This document shows, piece by piece, positions 1 to 10,980 of a stretch of 64,000 nucleotides of DNA. Made by a program: the position numbers and the translations under genes. How positions within the stretch are numbered: position 1 is the stretch's first letter; each line of letters opens with the position of its first letter. Below the pieces are notes generated by a model that had not been told where the DNA came from, ran no database searches, and was given only the letters and a program-made list of their open reading frames with translations. Location: NCBI GenBank assembly GCA_963737065.1, contig CAVTRC010000001.1, positions 544,001 to 608,000 on the forward strand. Direction: 5' to 3'. The stretch is from Candidatus Eremiobacteria bacterium (lineage in GTDB: Bacteria > Vulcanimicrobiota > Vulcanimicrobiia > Vulcanimicrobiales > Vulcanimicrobiaceae).

Positions 1-900
1 GTTGCTGACCATCGTCCAATTGTTGCCGCCGTCGTCGGAACGCCAGAGAATGCCCTTGTTCGATTCGATGAGCGCGTAGACGCGGTTCGGATCGCTCGGC
101 GCGATTGCCAGACCGATGCGCCCGGTCGTTCCATCCGGCAGACCATGTCCGGTCAAGCGTGCCCAGGTTTTCCCGCCGTCCGTCGATTTGTAGAGGCCGT
201 CGTCTTCACCACCGCTGACCGTCGTCCACGGTTTGCGTTCGAAGTGCCACATGCCGGCAAAAATAACGCTCGGGTTCTTGGCATTCATCGCAACGTCCGA
301 CGCGCCGCTGCGATCGCTCACATACAGCGTCTTCGTCCACGTTTTTCCGCCGTCATCGGTGACGAAGACGCCGCGATCCGCGCTCGCTGCAAAAACGTCG
401 CCGAGCGCTGCCACGATCACGTGGTTCGAGTCGCGCGGATCGATCAGCACGCGCGTAATCGAACGCGTCTTCTCGAGGCCCATCAGTTTCCACGTTTTGC
501 CACCGTCCGTCGACTTGTAGATGCCCGCACCCGGAATAACGTCGTTGCGCGGATTGCCCTCGCCCGTTGCGACCCAAACCGTTTGGTCGTTGTTCGGATC
601 GATTGCAACGTCACCGATTGACGCGACCGGTTCCTTATCGAAGACCGGCTGCCATGTGATGCCGGCATCCGTCGTCTTCCACACGCCTCCGCCGGCGGCG
701 CCGACATAATAGAGGTTCGGATTCTTGGCGCTCCCCGCGACGTTCGCCGTGCGCCCGCCGGGTAATGCCGGTCCGATTTCGCGCCAGTGCATGTCTTGGT
801 ACACCGGCTTTGCCGTCGGCGCCGGCGACGGCGAAGCCGACGGCGATGCAGAAGGCGATGGCGCAACGGCTAGCGCCACCGCAAAGAGAACAGGAATCAA
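1..900 (-). CDS. Secreted VPS10/BNR (Asp-box) beta-propeller glycosyl-hydrolase-like protein, N-terminal part (runs off the window)
   Basis: Manual translation from TTG 900 (GGAGG upstream): signal peptide, SPSASP linker, WREIGPALPGGR, GGGVWKTTDAG, repeated S-x-D-G-G-x-T-W Asp boxes. Confidence 0.85.
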   Translation of the reverse strand, partial: MIPVLFAVALAVAPSPSASPSASPSPAPTAKPVYQDMHWREIGPALPGGRTANVAGSAKNPNLYYVGAAGGGVWKTTDAGITWQPVFDKEPVASIGDVAIDPNNDQTVWVATGEGNPRNDVIPGAGIYKSTDGGKTWKLMGLEKTRSITRVLIDPRDSNHVIVAALGDVFAASADRGVFVTDDGGKTWTKTLYVSDRSGASDVAMNAKNPSVIFAGMWHFERKPWTTVSGGEDDGLYKSTDGGKTWARLTGHGLPDGTTGRIGLAIAPSDPNRVYALIESNKGILWRSDDGGNNWTMVSN

Positions 901-976
901 CGACGTTCCTCCGAGATAGGGGATTGCGCTGCGCGCGCAAACCCGGCAGCAAATTCATTCAACTATAGGACAGCCG

Positions 977-2486
977 GTGTCAAAAAATCTTCAGAGCCAC
1001 TGGAGTAGACGCGTCTCCGTCGATGTGTGGGCGCTGTCCATAGCGATAATTCTTGCGGTAGGTTTTATATTGCGCGCCTGGCGCCTCGCGTCGATGCCGC
1101 CCGCCGTTCATCCTGATGAAATGGCCGGACTCGTCGGCGTGCTCGACGAGCTGCAGCACCGGGCGCCGCTTCGTCCGTTCTTCGACTATCGCATCTTCTA
1201 TCTGCCGCTCTACGGCATCAGCGAATACCTCTCGTCGCGCTTCCTTGGATACAATGCCGCGGCGTACCGCTTTCCGGCGGTGCTCTATGGGCTGGCCACC
1301 ATTGTGTGCACGATCGGGCTGACGTACCGCTTGACGAAAAACCGGCTCGCGGCGCTGTGCGCAGGAGCGGTTTCTGCAGTCCTTCCATGGGAGATCACCG
1401 TCTCGCGCATCGCTTGGGAGAACGCTTCGATGCTGCCCTTTCTGCTTGGCGGTCTGTGGGCGTTACGCGCCGGCATCGAAGATCGAAGTACGCTGCTGCT
1501 CGCCGTTGCGGGCGTACTGCTCGGCATTGATGCGTACTCGTACCGCGCCGCTCTACCCGACGCAGTGGTTCTCGCCGCCGTCCTCGTTGCAATTGACCTT
1601 CGGCGCACGGTCGCATGTATTCGGAAGCATGCTCATCGGTACGCTGATTTTTGCAGCGATCGTGGCGCCGCTCGTGATGAGCGTCATCAACGACCCGGCG
1701 TTTTTTTGGCGCGACTACTATATTTCTACATTCAAAGACGGCATCACGGTGGGATCGCTCGCACGCTTCATGCAGAACTATCTCGCGCACTTCGAAGCCG
1801 GACCGCTGTTTTTCCATGGTGACGGCAACCCGCAGCACGGCCCGGCTTTCGGCGTTCTCTATCTTTGGATGCTTCCGATGATGGCGATCGGCTTGATTGC
1901 CGCATTCGCACTCTACGGCAGCGGCGTAGGCGCGTTGTTCGTGGTGTGGCTGCTCCTCTATCCGCTCGGCGGTGCGATCACAAACGACGGCGTTCCGCAT
2001 TTTCTGCGAACGCTCGTGGGTGCGCCGCTAGCCGCAATATTGAGCGGAATCGGACTCGCGGTTGGGTGGGTCGCGATCGAGAGCATGCGGTACGCTCGCA
2101 TCGCGGCCGGTATTTTCGCGTTGCTGACCTTTGTTGCGCTCTCGCAATTCTGCCAGGCATACTTCATCGGTTACTTGCCCGCTGCGGCCGACGCGTATCA
2201 ATTCGAGAACCGCGAACTGTTTTTGTCGGTTCGCAGCCTTGCGAGGCGAGCGCAACGCATTTGCTTCCAGGGGCTCAACGACATGAATTCGCTGACGCTC
2301 TTCTCGTACTACCTGCGCGATGTACGGATTCCGATTCATGAACGGATGGATGCGGCGTGCTTCCAGCCCGGAACAGTCGTCGTTATTCACTCCGCCGACG
2401 CCGCTCCGCCGAAATCGCGCCTGGTAGCGACGGTTCAGGGTTTCAATGGAAGTCCGCGTTATTTGATTTTCCTCACGAAGCCGTGA
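977..2486 (+). pseudogene. GT39/ArnT-PMT-family membrane glycosyltransferase, split by a +1 frameshift near 1615-1625 (true pseudogene or assembly error)
   Basis: ORF 977..1822 has the HPDE motif and TM helices; the hydrophobic product continues in frame 1446..2486 (GDGNPQH, PHFLRTL). Confidence 0.75.
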
Positions 2487-2555
2487 AGGCAACGAGGCTC
2501 TTGCGGCTAGCAAGCGTAACTCTTACACGAGGCTCCGTGCAACGAGGAGGCAATC

Positions 2556-2816
2556 GTGAACCGTAAGGACGCCCTTGGAAAACTCGTCGTTCTTCCCGCG
2601 CTCGCGGGAATGATCGCGACGATGACGTCCGTCGCACAAGCGAAGGGATCCAAGTCGCAATTCAAATATCAGGACAAGCCGAACGGCAATCAGAAGTGCT
2701 CGGAATGTTCGTTGTTCGTGTCCGCCAAATCAGGCTCGGACGCCGCCTCGTGCAAAGTCGTGGAGGGTGATATCAGCCCGAGCGGCTGGTGCACCGCATA
2801 TTCGCCGAAAGCGTAA
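2556..2816 (+). CDS. High-potential iron-sulfur protein (HiPIP, short Iro-like type)
   Basis: KYQDKP..CSEC..C..V.G.ISPSGWC four-Cys pattern, N-terminal export signal, GAGGAGG RBS. Confidence 0.9.
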   Translation: MNRKDALGKLVVLPALAGMIATMTSVAQAKGSKSQFKYQDKPNGNQKCSECSLFVSAKSGSDAASCKVVEGDISPSGWCTAYSPKA

Positions 2817-2831
2817 CGCGGAGAACGTACG

Positions 2832-3878
2832 GTGGCTCGCATTGCCGGCGTCGCAACCGCCGTTCCGCCGTACGTCTTGGAACAAGAAGACATCAGCGCG
2901 CGCCTCCGCGCGCAATTCAGCGAATCGGCTGTCGTCTCGCGATTGTTGCCCGTCTTCGGAAATACCGGTATAGAGCGCCGGTATTCGTGCGTTCCGGTCG
3001 AATGGTACTACGACCCGCACGGATGGAACGACCGTAACGAAATCTATCTCGACTTCGCGCAACGCCTCTTAGAAGACGCGGCGCGAACGGCACTCGTTCG
3101 TGCGGAGCGTACGGTTGAAGACGTCGATGCGATCGTCGTCGTATCGACAACGGGAATCGCAACGCCGAGCTTGGATGCGCTGCTCATGAATCGCATGCCC
3201 TTCAAACGAACGGTACGCCGTCTCCCGATCTTTGGACTCGGATGCGTGGGCGGCGCGGTCGGGATTGCGCAGGCCGCTACGCTTGCCGACGCTCGCCCCG
3301 GTTCCACCGTGCTGCTTCTCGACGTCGAACTTTGCGCGCTCTGGTTCCGGCGCGACGAGTTGACGAAAAGCAACATCGTCGCAACCGCGCTGTTCGGTGA
3401 CGGCGCCGCCGCCGCGGTTTTTACAAGTGACGGGGCCGGCCCGTGTGTAAGCGCAAGCGGTGAGTATACATTTGAGTCGACGCTCGACATCATGGGCTGG
3501 GACGTCGCCGAGGATGGCCTTTCCGCCGTCTTCTCGCGCGATATTCCGCGCCTCGTTGAATCGGAACTGCAGGCCGTCATCGACGCGTATCTCTCGGAAT
3601 CGGGGCTGACACGCGACGACATCGATCATTTTCTTTCGCATCCCGGCGGAACGAAAGTCCTCGACGCACTCGAACATGCCTTCGGTAGACACAACGGGGC
3701 GCTCGCAGATTCGCGTGATGTGCTTGCGCGCTACGGGAACATGTCGTCCGTTACGTTGCTCTTCGTCCTCGAGCGCGCGCTTGCGAACGGCGCGTTGGCA
3801 TCGAACGGTTGGCGGCGCGCGTTACTTACCGCAATGGGTCCGGGATTCACGGCTGCATTCGTAACACTCGAGCCGTGA
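2832..3878 (+). CDS. Type III polyketide synthase (SrsA/BpsA-like)
   Basis: Cys-His-Asn triad (GLGCVGG, SHPGG, GNMSS), LFGDGAAA, GPGF. Confidence 0.92.
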   Translation: MARIAGVATAVPPYVLEQEDISARLRAQFSESAVVSRLLPVFGNTGIERRYSCVPVEWYYDPHGWNDRNEIYLDFAQRLLEDAARTALVRAERTVEDVDAIVVVSTTGIATPSLDALLMNRMPFKRTVRRLPIFGLGCVGGAVGIAQAATLADARPGSTVLLLDVELCALWFRRDELTKSNIVATALFGDGAAAAVFTSDGAGPCVSASGEYTFESTLDIMGWDVAEDGLSAVFSRDIPRLVESELQAVIDAYLSESGLTRDDIDHFLSHPGGTKVLDALEHAFGRHNGALADSRDVLARYGNMSSVTLLFVLERALANGALASNGWRRALLTAMGPGFTAAFVTLEP

Positions 3879-4369
3879 GCGCGCTGTACGTCATCATTGC
3901 CTTCGTTGCCGTACAACGCGTAGCCGAGCTCATCTACGCGGAACGCAATACCCGCACGTTACGCGCGAGAGGAGCGTTCGAAGTCGCGGCATGGCAGCAT
4001 CCGCTCTTCGTCGCGCTTCATGCATTGTGGCTGCTCTCGCTGCTTATTTTCGTTCCGCCGTATGCGATACCGGATTGGTGGCTCGTCGCGGCGTTCTTCG
4101 TGTTGCAAGTTGCGCGGCTTTGGGTGCTTGTGACGCTCGGGCCGTATTGGACGACACGCATCATTACGCTACCCGGTGCGCCGCTCGTCCGCGCCGGGCC
4201 GTATCGTTTCGTGAAGCATCCGAACTACGCGATCGTCGCATTTGAAATCGCGCTGCTGCCGCTCGCGTTCGGAGCATGGCGGATTGCGCTCGTTTTTACC
4301 ATGCTCAATGCGCTGCTGCTCGCGTCGCGCATTCGCATCGAGGAAAAGACGCTCGCCGTTCGCCGGTGA
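3875..4369 (+). CDS. Isoprenylcysteine carboxyl methyltransferase family protein (SrsB/BpsB-like)
   Basis: LGPYWTTRII, GPYRFVKHPNY, RIRIEE; GTG start overlaps the PKS stop. Confidence 0.9.
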   Translation: MSALYVIIAFVAVQRVAELIYAERNTRTLRARGAFEVAAWQHPLFVALHALWLLSLLIFVPPYAIPDWWLVAAFFVLQVARLWVLVTLGPYWTTRIITLPGAPLVRAGPYRFVKHPNYAIVAFEIALLPLAFGAWRIALVFTMLNALLLASRIRIEEKTLAVRR

Positions 4370-4442
4370 CCAGCAGAATTTGAAGGGAACGCAATACGTG
4401 TATACAGTTCGATGGCAGAACCGGCGGGATGGAGCGGTGACG

Positions 4443-6422
4443 ATGCGAGTTCGTGCGTTGTTCGTTTGGTGCGCGATACTGGTCGCGATCACGGCCGGTG
4501 CGGCGACGGCGCGACCCTGGACGCTGCGTGAAGCAATGTCTCCGGCGTTCATCAATGAGATCCAACTATCGCCCGACGGAGCGCTCGCCGTTATCGGCGT
4601 AGGACGCGTGAACTTCAAAGCGGACAGTTTTGACACGGGTTATGAACTCGTCGATATCGCGACCGGAACGATGCACCATCTCTCGTCGGAGCTGACGCAC
4701 CCGCGCTGGTCACCTGATTCGAAACGTATTGCATGGAGCGCTCAAGATGCGAAAGGAAACGCGTCGATCGTCGTTACGGACTCGCGCGGTCACGTTGAGC
4801 GCAGGTATGGGCAAGCAACTCGTAACGTCATCGGCTTCGCCTGGTCGCCGAACGGCGAGCACATTGCGGCAATCGAGACAAACGGAAAAACGATGACCGT
4901 TGCGCGCTTCCATTGGCTCGACTTAGAGAACGATTACCGCGACACGCGTCCGGCGCAACGCGATGTTTGGATCGTTGACGCCGCTACCGGCACGACCCGC
5001 CGCCTCACCGACGACGGATGGTCGTACGGCGGTCCGGAGACGGATCACGATCCGTCATGGTCCGCTAATTCAAAGCAGTTGGTCGTCGTACGTCAACCGA
5101 CGCCGGTCTATGGTGATTTCGAGCATGCGCAATACGTTGTGCTTAGCACGTCGACTGCAGATCCGAAGCCCGTCGTCGGTCACCCATTCTTCGCCTATCC
5201 CGGCAGCGCCGCACCGGCATTTGCTCCGTCGGGCACGGAGATTGCCTACACGCACTCCTGGGATGGGAAATTGCCGTCGCGAGAGGACGTCTTCGTCAAT
5301 GGGCACGATGTCAGCGGTGCGCTCGATCGCGATCTGTGGTCGTGCTCGGCCGGTTCGATGACGTGGTCGCCGGGCGGGTTGATCGTCGATCTGCTCGACG
5401 GCGTCTCGATGCGCCTGTATCGGCTGGATCCCTCGGGGCTCGCCCTGCCCGAACCGTTGACGAGCGATGATGGATCGGCGGAGGGGTTTTCTATTTCGAA
5501 GAGCGGTCGCATTGCATACGTCTGGACGACGCCGACGCGGCCGGCCGAACTCTACGTGCGCGATCCGGACGGTAAGACGCGCGAAGTGACGCACCTCGTT
5601 ACGCTGTCACCCGATGTTCCGCTTGCGCAGACGCGTGTGTTCACTTGGAGTGACGGCAGCGGTCACGAGTTGCACGGTCAACTGACATTACCGGACAACG
5701 GCGAAGCGACACGCACCGCACCGGTCGTCGTCGAACCGCACGGCGGTCCGCAGTGCGCCGACGACTTCTCGTTCAACGGTTTCGCGCAGTATCTCGCGAG
5801 CAACGGATACGTCTATTTCCGTCCCGATCCGCCGGGCAGCGACGGATACGGCGATTGGTCGTACAAAGCCATCGTTCGAGACTGGGGCGACGTGCCGATG
5901 GCGGCCGATATGCGAGGCGTCGATGCATTGGCTGCGTCGAACATCGGTGATCCGGCGCGTACGTTTATTGAAGGCGGTTCGTATGGCGGGTATCTGACGT
6001 CATGGATCGTTACGCACAGCACGCGATTCCGCGCGGCAGTTGCTCAAGTTCCGGTGACCGATCTTCTGCAAGATTATACGCTTTCGGAAAGTCCAAACAT
6101 CACGCGAAGGTTTTTCGGTGATAAACCCGCTGCAAATCAAGCGTTGCTGATCGCGCAGTCGCCGCTGACGTTTGCATCGCAAGAGAAAACGCCGCTTCTG
6201 ATTATCGCCGGACTGGCGGATACGCGGGCGCCCTACACGCAGGCAATCGAATTCTACAAAACGCTCGCGGAGGACGGAGCACCGGTGCGCATGATCGCCG
6301 ACGCGAAGGCGGGCCACGGACCCGACGATCCGCAGGGTGTCATCGACTGGTTCGGAGCGACAATGGCGTGGCTCGGACAGCACGGCGGAATCGTGATCCC
6401 CGACGCGACGCTGCCGAAATAA
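4443..6422 (+). CDS. Secreted S9 family peptidase (acylaminoacyl-peptidase-like)
   Basis: Signal peptide, WSPD propeller repeats, PHGGP, GGSYGG nucleophile, Asp (DTRAP), His (GHG). Confidence 0.9.
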   Translation: MRVRALFVWCAILVAITAGAATARPWTLREAMSPAFINEIQLSPDGALAVIGVGRVNFKADSFDTGYELVDIATGTMHHLSSELTHPRWSPDSKRIAWSAQDAKGNASIVVTDSRGHVERRYGQATRNVIGFAWSPNGEHIAAIETNGKTMTVARFHWLDLENDYRDTRPAQRDVWIVDAATGTTRRLTDDGWSYGGPETDHDPSWSANSKQLVVVRQPTPVYGDFEHAQYVVLSTSTADPKPVVGHPFFAYPGSAAPAFAPSGTEIAYTHSWDGKLPSREDVFVNGHDVSGALDRDLWSCSAGSMTWSPGGLIVDLLDGVSMRLYRLDPSGLALPEPLTSDDGSAEGFSISKSGRIAYVWTTPTRPAELYVRDPDGKTREVTHLVTLSPDVPLAQTRVFTWSDGSGHELHGQLTLPDNGEATRTAPVVVEPHGGPQCADDFSFNGFAQYLASNGYVYFRPDPPGSDGYGDWSYKAIVRDWGDVPMAADMRGVDALAASNIGDPARTFIEGGSYGGYLTSWIVTHSTRFRAAVAQVPVTDLLQDYTLSESPNITRRFFGDKPAANQALLIAQSPLTFASQEKTPLLIIAGLADTRAPYTQAIEFYKTLAEDGAPVRMIADAKAGHGPDDPQGVIDWFGATMAWLGQHGGIVIPDATLPK

Positions 6423-6568
6423 ACGCGCCGCTTGGCATATTGAACCGGCAGGGAGACACGAGTGCGGCAGAGAGTCGAGCGCCGCTTTGTGTACCCATAC
6501 GACCTCATTGAGGCGCTGATCCCGGTATGTTGTACTCAATACGAGACGTTGTCTCCGGAGGAGGAAAC

Positions 6569-7645
6569 GTGCGACGACTGCCTGTTTTCCTGTGCGTTGC
6601 TCTCGGATTGTCCGCATGCGGAGGCGGAGCGGGCGGCACGACGTCGGGACTGCCTGCGACGGCATCGGGAGGCGGAACGCAAACGAACGGCGATGCGCCC
6701 ACGACGACCACGCCGGTTCCGGCGGCGTTCAACGTCGTCGATTTGGGCGTGCACGCAGCGCCCCTAGCGATCAATAACCGAAACAGCGTTGCCGGGCAGT
6801 TTTCTACGAACGCGTCGAGCGTCGCGTTCATCTATCGCAACGGCACGTTCACAAAGTTTCGCGCGGCTTTTTCCGCGGCCGTCGCAATCAACGACAGCGA
6901 TTTGGCCGTTGGCGGCAGCTATGCATTCATGCCGAACGGGACCGAGATTCCCCTTGGGACGACGAACTCCGCGCTTGTTTCCGAAGCATTCGGCGTTGAC
7001 GACTCCGGGCGTATCGCCGGCGTTTTGATCCAAGGCGGCGTAGCAGGCTGCAGCGGTGCTTTGACATTCTGGTCAACGAGCGGCGCGCCGTCCGAGATCG
7101 GAAACCAGACCGACACGCTCGTCGTAAGCCGCAACGGAAAGGTTGTACTCGACGGCTACCAGCAAACCGGAAACGGCTGCAACGGTATACTCTCGCCATA
7201 CTACTATCCCAGCGGAACGCCGGTCCCCATTCCACCCGGTCTGACGCTCGGTGTCGGTCCAGCGGTCAATCCCGGTGCGATAACGGGCGTCAACGACGCG
7301 GGTGACGTGGTCGGTTACGGTGAGATAACCGGCACGAATGACTTGGCGACGTTCTTGGCGCGCAACGGAAAAGCCATACAAATCAATGCGCCGGCCGGCT
7401 ACACGCAACTCCAAGGCGCCGCGATAAATGACGTAGACTGGATCGTCGGCACGGAATCCGGCACTACGTCGCACGCGTTTCTATGGAGCAACGGCACGAT
7501 CATCGACCTCAATACGAGGCTCACCGCTTCGTGCGCCGCGTGGACGCTAAACAGCGCGACAGGAATCAACGATGCCGGCTACATCGTTGGCCTTGGAACG
7601 TTAAACGGCAAAACACACGGCTACATGCTCGTGCCGTCGCAGTGA
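6569..7645 (+). CDS. Lipoprotein with HAF-type extracellular repeats
   Basis: GGAGG RBS plus GTG; lipobox LSAC; AINN/GVND..G.VVG repeats, HAFLWSNG, DLN..A.GIND.G.IVG. Confidence 0.8.
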   Translation: MRRLPVFLCVALGLSACGGGAGGTTSGLPATASGGGTQTNGDAPTTTTPVPAAFNVVDLGVHAAPLAINNRNSVAGQFSTNASSVAFIYRNGTFTKFRAAFSAAVAINDSDLAVGGSYAFMPNGTEIPLGTTNSALVSEAFGVDDSGRIAGVLIQGGVAGCSGALTFWSTSGAPSEIGNQTDTLVVSRNGKVVLDGYQQTGNGCNGILSPYYYPSGTPVPIPPGLTLGVGPAVNPGAITGVNDAGDVVGYGEITGTNDLATFLARNGKAIQINAPAGYTQLQGAAINDVDWIVGTESGTTSHAFLWSNGTIIDLNTRLTASCAAWTLNSATGINDAGYIVGLGTLNGKTHGYMLVPSQ

Positions 7646-7653
7646 CGCGCCGG

Positions 7654-8841
7654 TTACGCGACTTCGAATAAGCCCGCGGCGCCCATGCCTCCGCCAACGC
7701 ACATCGTTACGACGACGTATTGCACGCCGCGGCGCTTGCCTTCGATCAAGGCGTGCATCGTCATCCGGGTGCCGCTCATACCGTAGGGGTGACCGATCGA
7801 AATTGCACCGCCGTCGACGTTGAAGCGATCGTTGGGTATGCCGAGCGCGTCGCGGCAATACACCGTTTGCACGGCGAATGCTTCATTGAGTTCCCAAAGC
7901 CCGACGTCGTCGGTCGTCAAGCCATGTTGTTTTAGCAGCTTCGCCACCGCGAAAACGGGACCGATGCCCATCTCACCCGGTTCGCATCCCGCAACGGCGA
8001 AGCCGCGGTAGATCCCTAGCGGTTGCAGGTTCCGCTGTTCCGCAAGCTTCGCATCCATCAGTACGACCGCAGCTGCACCGTCGGAGAGTTGCGATGAATT
8101 TCCGGCGGTGATCGATGTGTCTTTGATGCCCGGTACCGCGCCTTTGAGTTGCGCGAGCCCTTCCAGCGTCGTATCGGGGCGATTGCCTTCATCGTTCTTC
8201 AGGACCGTGTGCTCTTCGCGGACGACACCTGTTTCTTTGTCTTGCACGAACTTCCACGAGGGAAGTTCGACGATCTCCGCATCGAAGCGTCCCGCCTGCT
8301 GCGCGGCGGCCGTGCGCTGCTGACTCTGTAACGCGTACGCGTCTTGCGCTTCGCGGGTGACATCGTACTTCTTTGCGACATTATCCGCGGTGTAAAGCAT
8401 CGGCATGTAGACATCGGGCGTGTGTCGCAGCAGCCAATCTTCCGTGTAGTACTTCATGTTGAGATCGTTCTGCACCATCGAAATGGACTCGACGCCGCCG
8501 CCGACGACGATGTCGGCATTGTCGACGATGACGCGTTTTGCCGCAGATGCAATCGCGTCGAGACCCGATGCACAGTAGCGGCTCACCGTTTGTCCGGGCA
8601 CGCTGACCGGACACCCCGCACGCAGCGCCGCGGTGCGGCCGATGTTGTTGCCCGTTGCGCCCTCCGGCAAGCCGGCACCGATTACAACGTCTTCGACTTC
8701 CGCCGGATCGATGCCGGCGCGTTTTAGCGCTTCCGCAACGACATGGCCCGCCATCGTTGCGCCCGGCGTTTGATTGAACGCACCGCGGAACGCGCGACCG
8801 ATCGGCGTTCTCGCGGCGGAGACGACGACTGCTTCACGCAT
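7654..8841 (-). CDS. fadA: Acetyl-CoA C-acyltransferase (thiolase)
   Basis: RYCASG, NEAF, GHPYG, CVGGGMG motifs. Confidence 0.92.
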   Translation of the reverse strand: MREAVVVSAARTPIGRAFRGAFNQTPGATMAGHVVAEALKRAGIDPAEVEDVVIGAGLPEGATGNNIGRTAALRAGCPVSVPGQTVSRYCASGLDAIASAAKRVIVDNADIVVGGGVESISMVQNDLNMKYYTEDWLLRHTPDVYMPMLYTADNVAKKYDVTREAQDAYALQSQQRTAAAQQAGRFDAEIVELPSWKFVQDKETGVVREEHTVLKNDEGNRPDTTLEGLAQLKGAVPGIKDTSITAGNSSQLSDGAAAVVLMDAKLAEQRNLQPLGIYRGFAVAGCEPGEMGIGPVFAVAKLLKQHGLTTDDVGLWELNEAFAVQTVYCRDALGIPNDRFNVDGGAISIGHPYGMSGTRMTMHALIEGKRRGVQYVVVTMCVGGGMGAAGLFEVA

Positions 8842-10975
8842 GAACAGCTTCTCCTCGTTGCTCGGATGCGCTCGGGACGACGTTGCCGTCAGCAAACGCA
8901 CCGCCGGATTCCGCAAGTTTTCTCAAGAGCGGCGCGGGCTCCCAACCGAACTCGCGCACGCGATCGTAGACGTGCTTTACGCCGACTTCATCGGCATACC
9001 ACATCGGCCCGCCGTGATGCGGCGGAAATCCATAGCCGTACACGTAGACGATGTCGATGTCGCCCGCCCGTAACGCAACGCCTTCCTCGAGCAGATACGC
9101 GCCACGATTGATCAACGCGAACGTCAAACGGTCCAGAATCTCTCGATCCGAGACGTCGCGCGGCTTGATGCCCGCCTTCGCCGCTTCCTCTCGGAACAGC
9201 GCCTCGATTTCCGGATCGGCAATCGGCTCGCGGCCTTTGCCGACGTTCTTATCGTACTTGAAGTAACCCGCCATCGTTTTCTGTCCGAGGCGCTTCATGT
9301 CGACGAGACGATCGATCACGTTCGTGCGGCCTTTGGCAATGTCGGGACGCGCTTTGGCGATATGCCATGCAACGTCGATACCGGAGAGATCGCCCATCGC
9401 AAACGGGCCCATGGGGAATCCGAACCGCTTTGCAACGGCATCGATGCGTGCAGGGGAAACGCCTTCTTCCGCAAGCTGCCCTGCGGCACGCGCATAGTCG
9501 AACACCATGCGATTGCCGATGAAACCAAAGGCGTTGGCGGAAAGAACCGCCGTCTTCTTCAGCGTCTTCCCGAGTTTGAACGCGGTCGCAATCGTTTGCG
9601 CCGACGTGTCTTTGCCGCGCACGATTTCTAAGAGCGGCATGATGTTTGCGGGAACGAAGAAGTGCAGGCCGACGATTTTACCGGGCCGCCTCGTGGCGCG
9701 CGCCATTTCGTCGATGTCGAGCGTCGAGGTGTTCGAGGCAAGAATCCCTTCCGGCTTGACGACCTCGTCGAGTTTCTTCAACACGTCTTTCTTGACGTCC
9801 ATGTCCTCGAACACCGCTTCGATGACGACGTCGGCATCAGCGAGTTCGTCGTAATCGTGCGCGAACTGAATCGACTGACCGAGCTTCCACGCTTCTTCTT
9901 GGCTCATGCGGCCCTTCTGGACTTGATACATGAACATCCCGAACACCGTCTGCTTTGCTTTGTCTACGGCTTCGTCGTTGGAGTCGATCACGGTGACCGG
10001 AATTCCGGCCTGCGCAAACGTGATCGCGATGCCGGTGCCCATCGTACCAGCGCCGACCACGCCGGCCTTCTTGATGTCGAGCGGTTCCGCGGCGGAAAGC
10101 TCCGGAATCTTCGAAAGTTCACGTTCCGCGAAGAACACGTGACGCAGCGCAAACGACGGCCGCGAACGCGCGAGTTCATCGAATAGACGCGCTTCGCGCG
10201 CGATACCGAATTCAAAGGGCAATTCGAACGCCGCTTCGACGGCGTCGATTACTTTGTGCGCGGCGAATCCACCGCGCTCTTCCGGCGGCACCATCTTGTG
10301 CGCTTGCGACACGACAAAAGGCTCGGCTTGCGGCGTGATTCCTTTGCCGAGTTCTACAGGGCGCTTCGAAATGCGGCGCTTTTCCGTCATTTTCTGCGCA
10401 ACGGCTACGGCGGCATCGAGAACAGCCTGCCCTGAGCCGGTCGAAGGGTCGACGACCTCGTCGACGATGCCCTTCGCTTGCGCCTCATCCATCTTGACGT
10501 TGCGCCCTTTGAGCATGATGTCGAGCGCGTCTTGCGCACCGATCAACCGCGGGAGACGCTGCGTACCACCGGCACCCGGAAGCAGTCCGAGCTTGATCTC
10601 GGGCAGACCGACGCGCGCGTGCTTGTCCGCCACGCGGTAGTCACATGCGAGCGACAGCTCCAGTCCACCGCCGAGCGCGTTTTTCTCGATCGCTGCGACG
10701 AAGATTTTATCGCTGCGTTCGACGGCCGCGATCACGTCGCGAATCGTGGGCGTGTCAGGCGTCGGTTCGATGGAGAAGTCGTTGATGTCCGCGCCGGCCG
10801 AGAAGATGCCGTTTGCGCCGGCAAAGACGACCGCTTTGACGGCCGCGTCTGCTGAGGCGGCTTCGACAATGGGTAAGAGTTCGCCCGAGAGTGCGAACGA
10901 GAGCGAGTTGACCGGCGGATTATCGAGCGTGATAATCCGAACTCCATCTCTGTCTTGCGTTCGAATGCAAGCCAT
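8834..10975 (-). CDS. fadB: Bifunctional enoyl-CoA hydratase / 3-hydroxyacyl-CoA dehydrogenase
   Basis: Crotonase domain (GGGLE, PEIKLG) followed by [19 protein letters not shown]. Confidence 0.9.
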   Translation of the reverse strand: MACIRTQDRDGVRIITLDNPPVNSLSFALSGELLPIVEAASADAAVKAVVFAGANGIFSAGADINDFSIEPTPDTPTIRDVIAAVERSDKIFVAAIEKNALGGGLELSLACDYRVADKHARVGLPEIKLGLLPGAGGTQRLPRLIGAQDALDIMLKGRNVKMDEAQAKGIVDEVVDPSTGSGQAVLDAAVAVAQKMTEKRRISKRPVELGKGITPQAEPFVVSQAHKMVPPEERGGFAAHKVIDAVEAAFELPFEFGIAREARLFDELARSRPSFALRHVFFAERELSKIPELSAAEPLDIKKAGVVGAGTMGTGIAITFAQAGIPVTVIDSNDEAVDKAKQTVFGMFMYQVQKGRMSQEEAWKLGQSIQFAHDYDELADADVVIEAVFEDMDVKKDVLKKLDEVVKPEGILASNTSTLDIDEMARATRRPGKIVGLHFFVPANIMPLLEIVRGKDTSAQTIATAFKLGKTLKKTAVLSANAFGFIGNRMVFDYARAAGQLAEEGVSPARIDAVAKRFGFPMGPFAMGDLSGIDVAWHIAKARPDIAKGRTNVIDRLVDMKRLGQKTMAGYFKYDKNVGKGREPIADPEIEALFREEAAKAGIKPRDVSDREILDRLTFALINRGAYLLEEGVALRAGDIDIVYVYGYGFPPHHGGPMWYADEVGVKHVYDRVREFGWEPAPLLRKLAESGGAFADGNVVPSASEQRGEAVHA
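10422..10451. repeat. REP-like hairpin element inside fadB (encodes [10 protein letters not shown])
   Basis: acagcctgccctgagccggtcgaagggtcg; 26/30 identical to 11351-11380. Confidence 0.75.
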
Positions 10976-10980
10976 AACGG

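Noticed and set aside
6462..6767. Cys-rich 101-aa ORF with an apparent RBS
   Set aside because: Mostly overlaps the HAF lipoprotein out of frame; no motif
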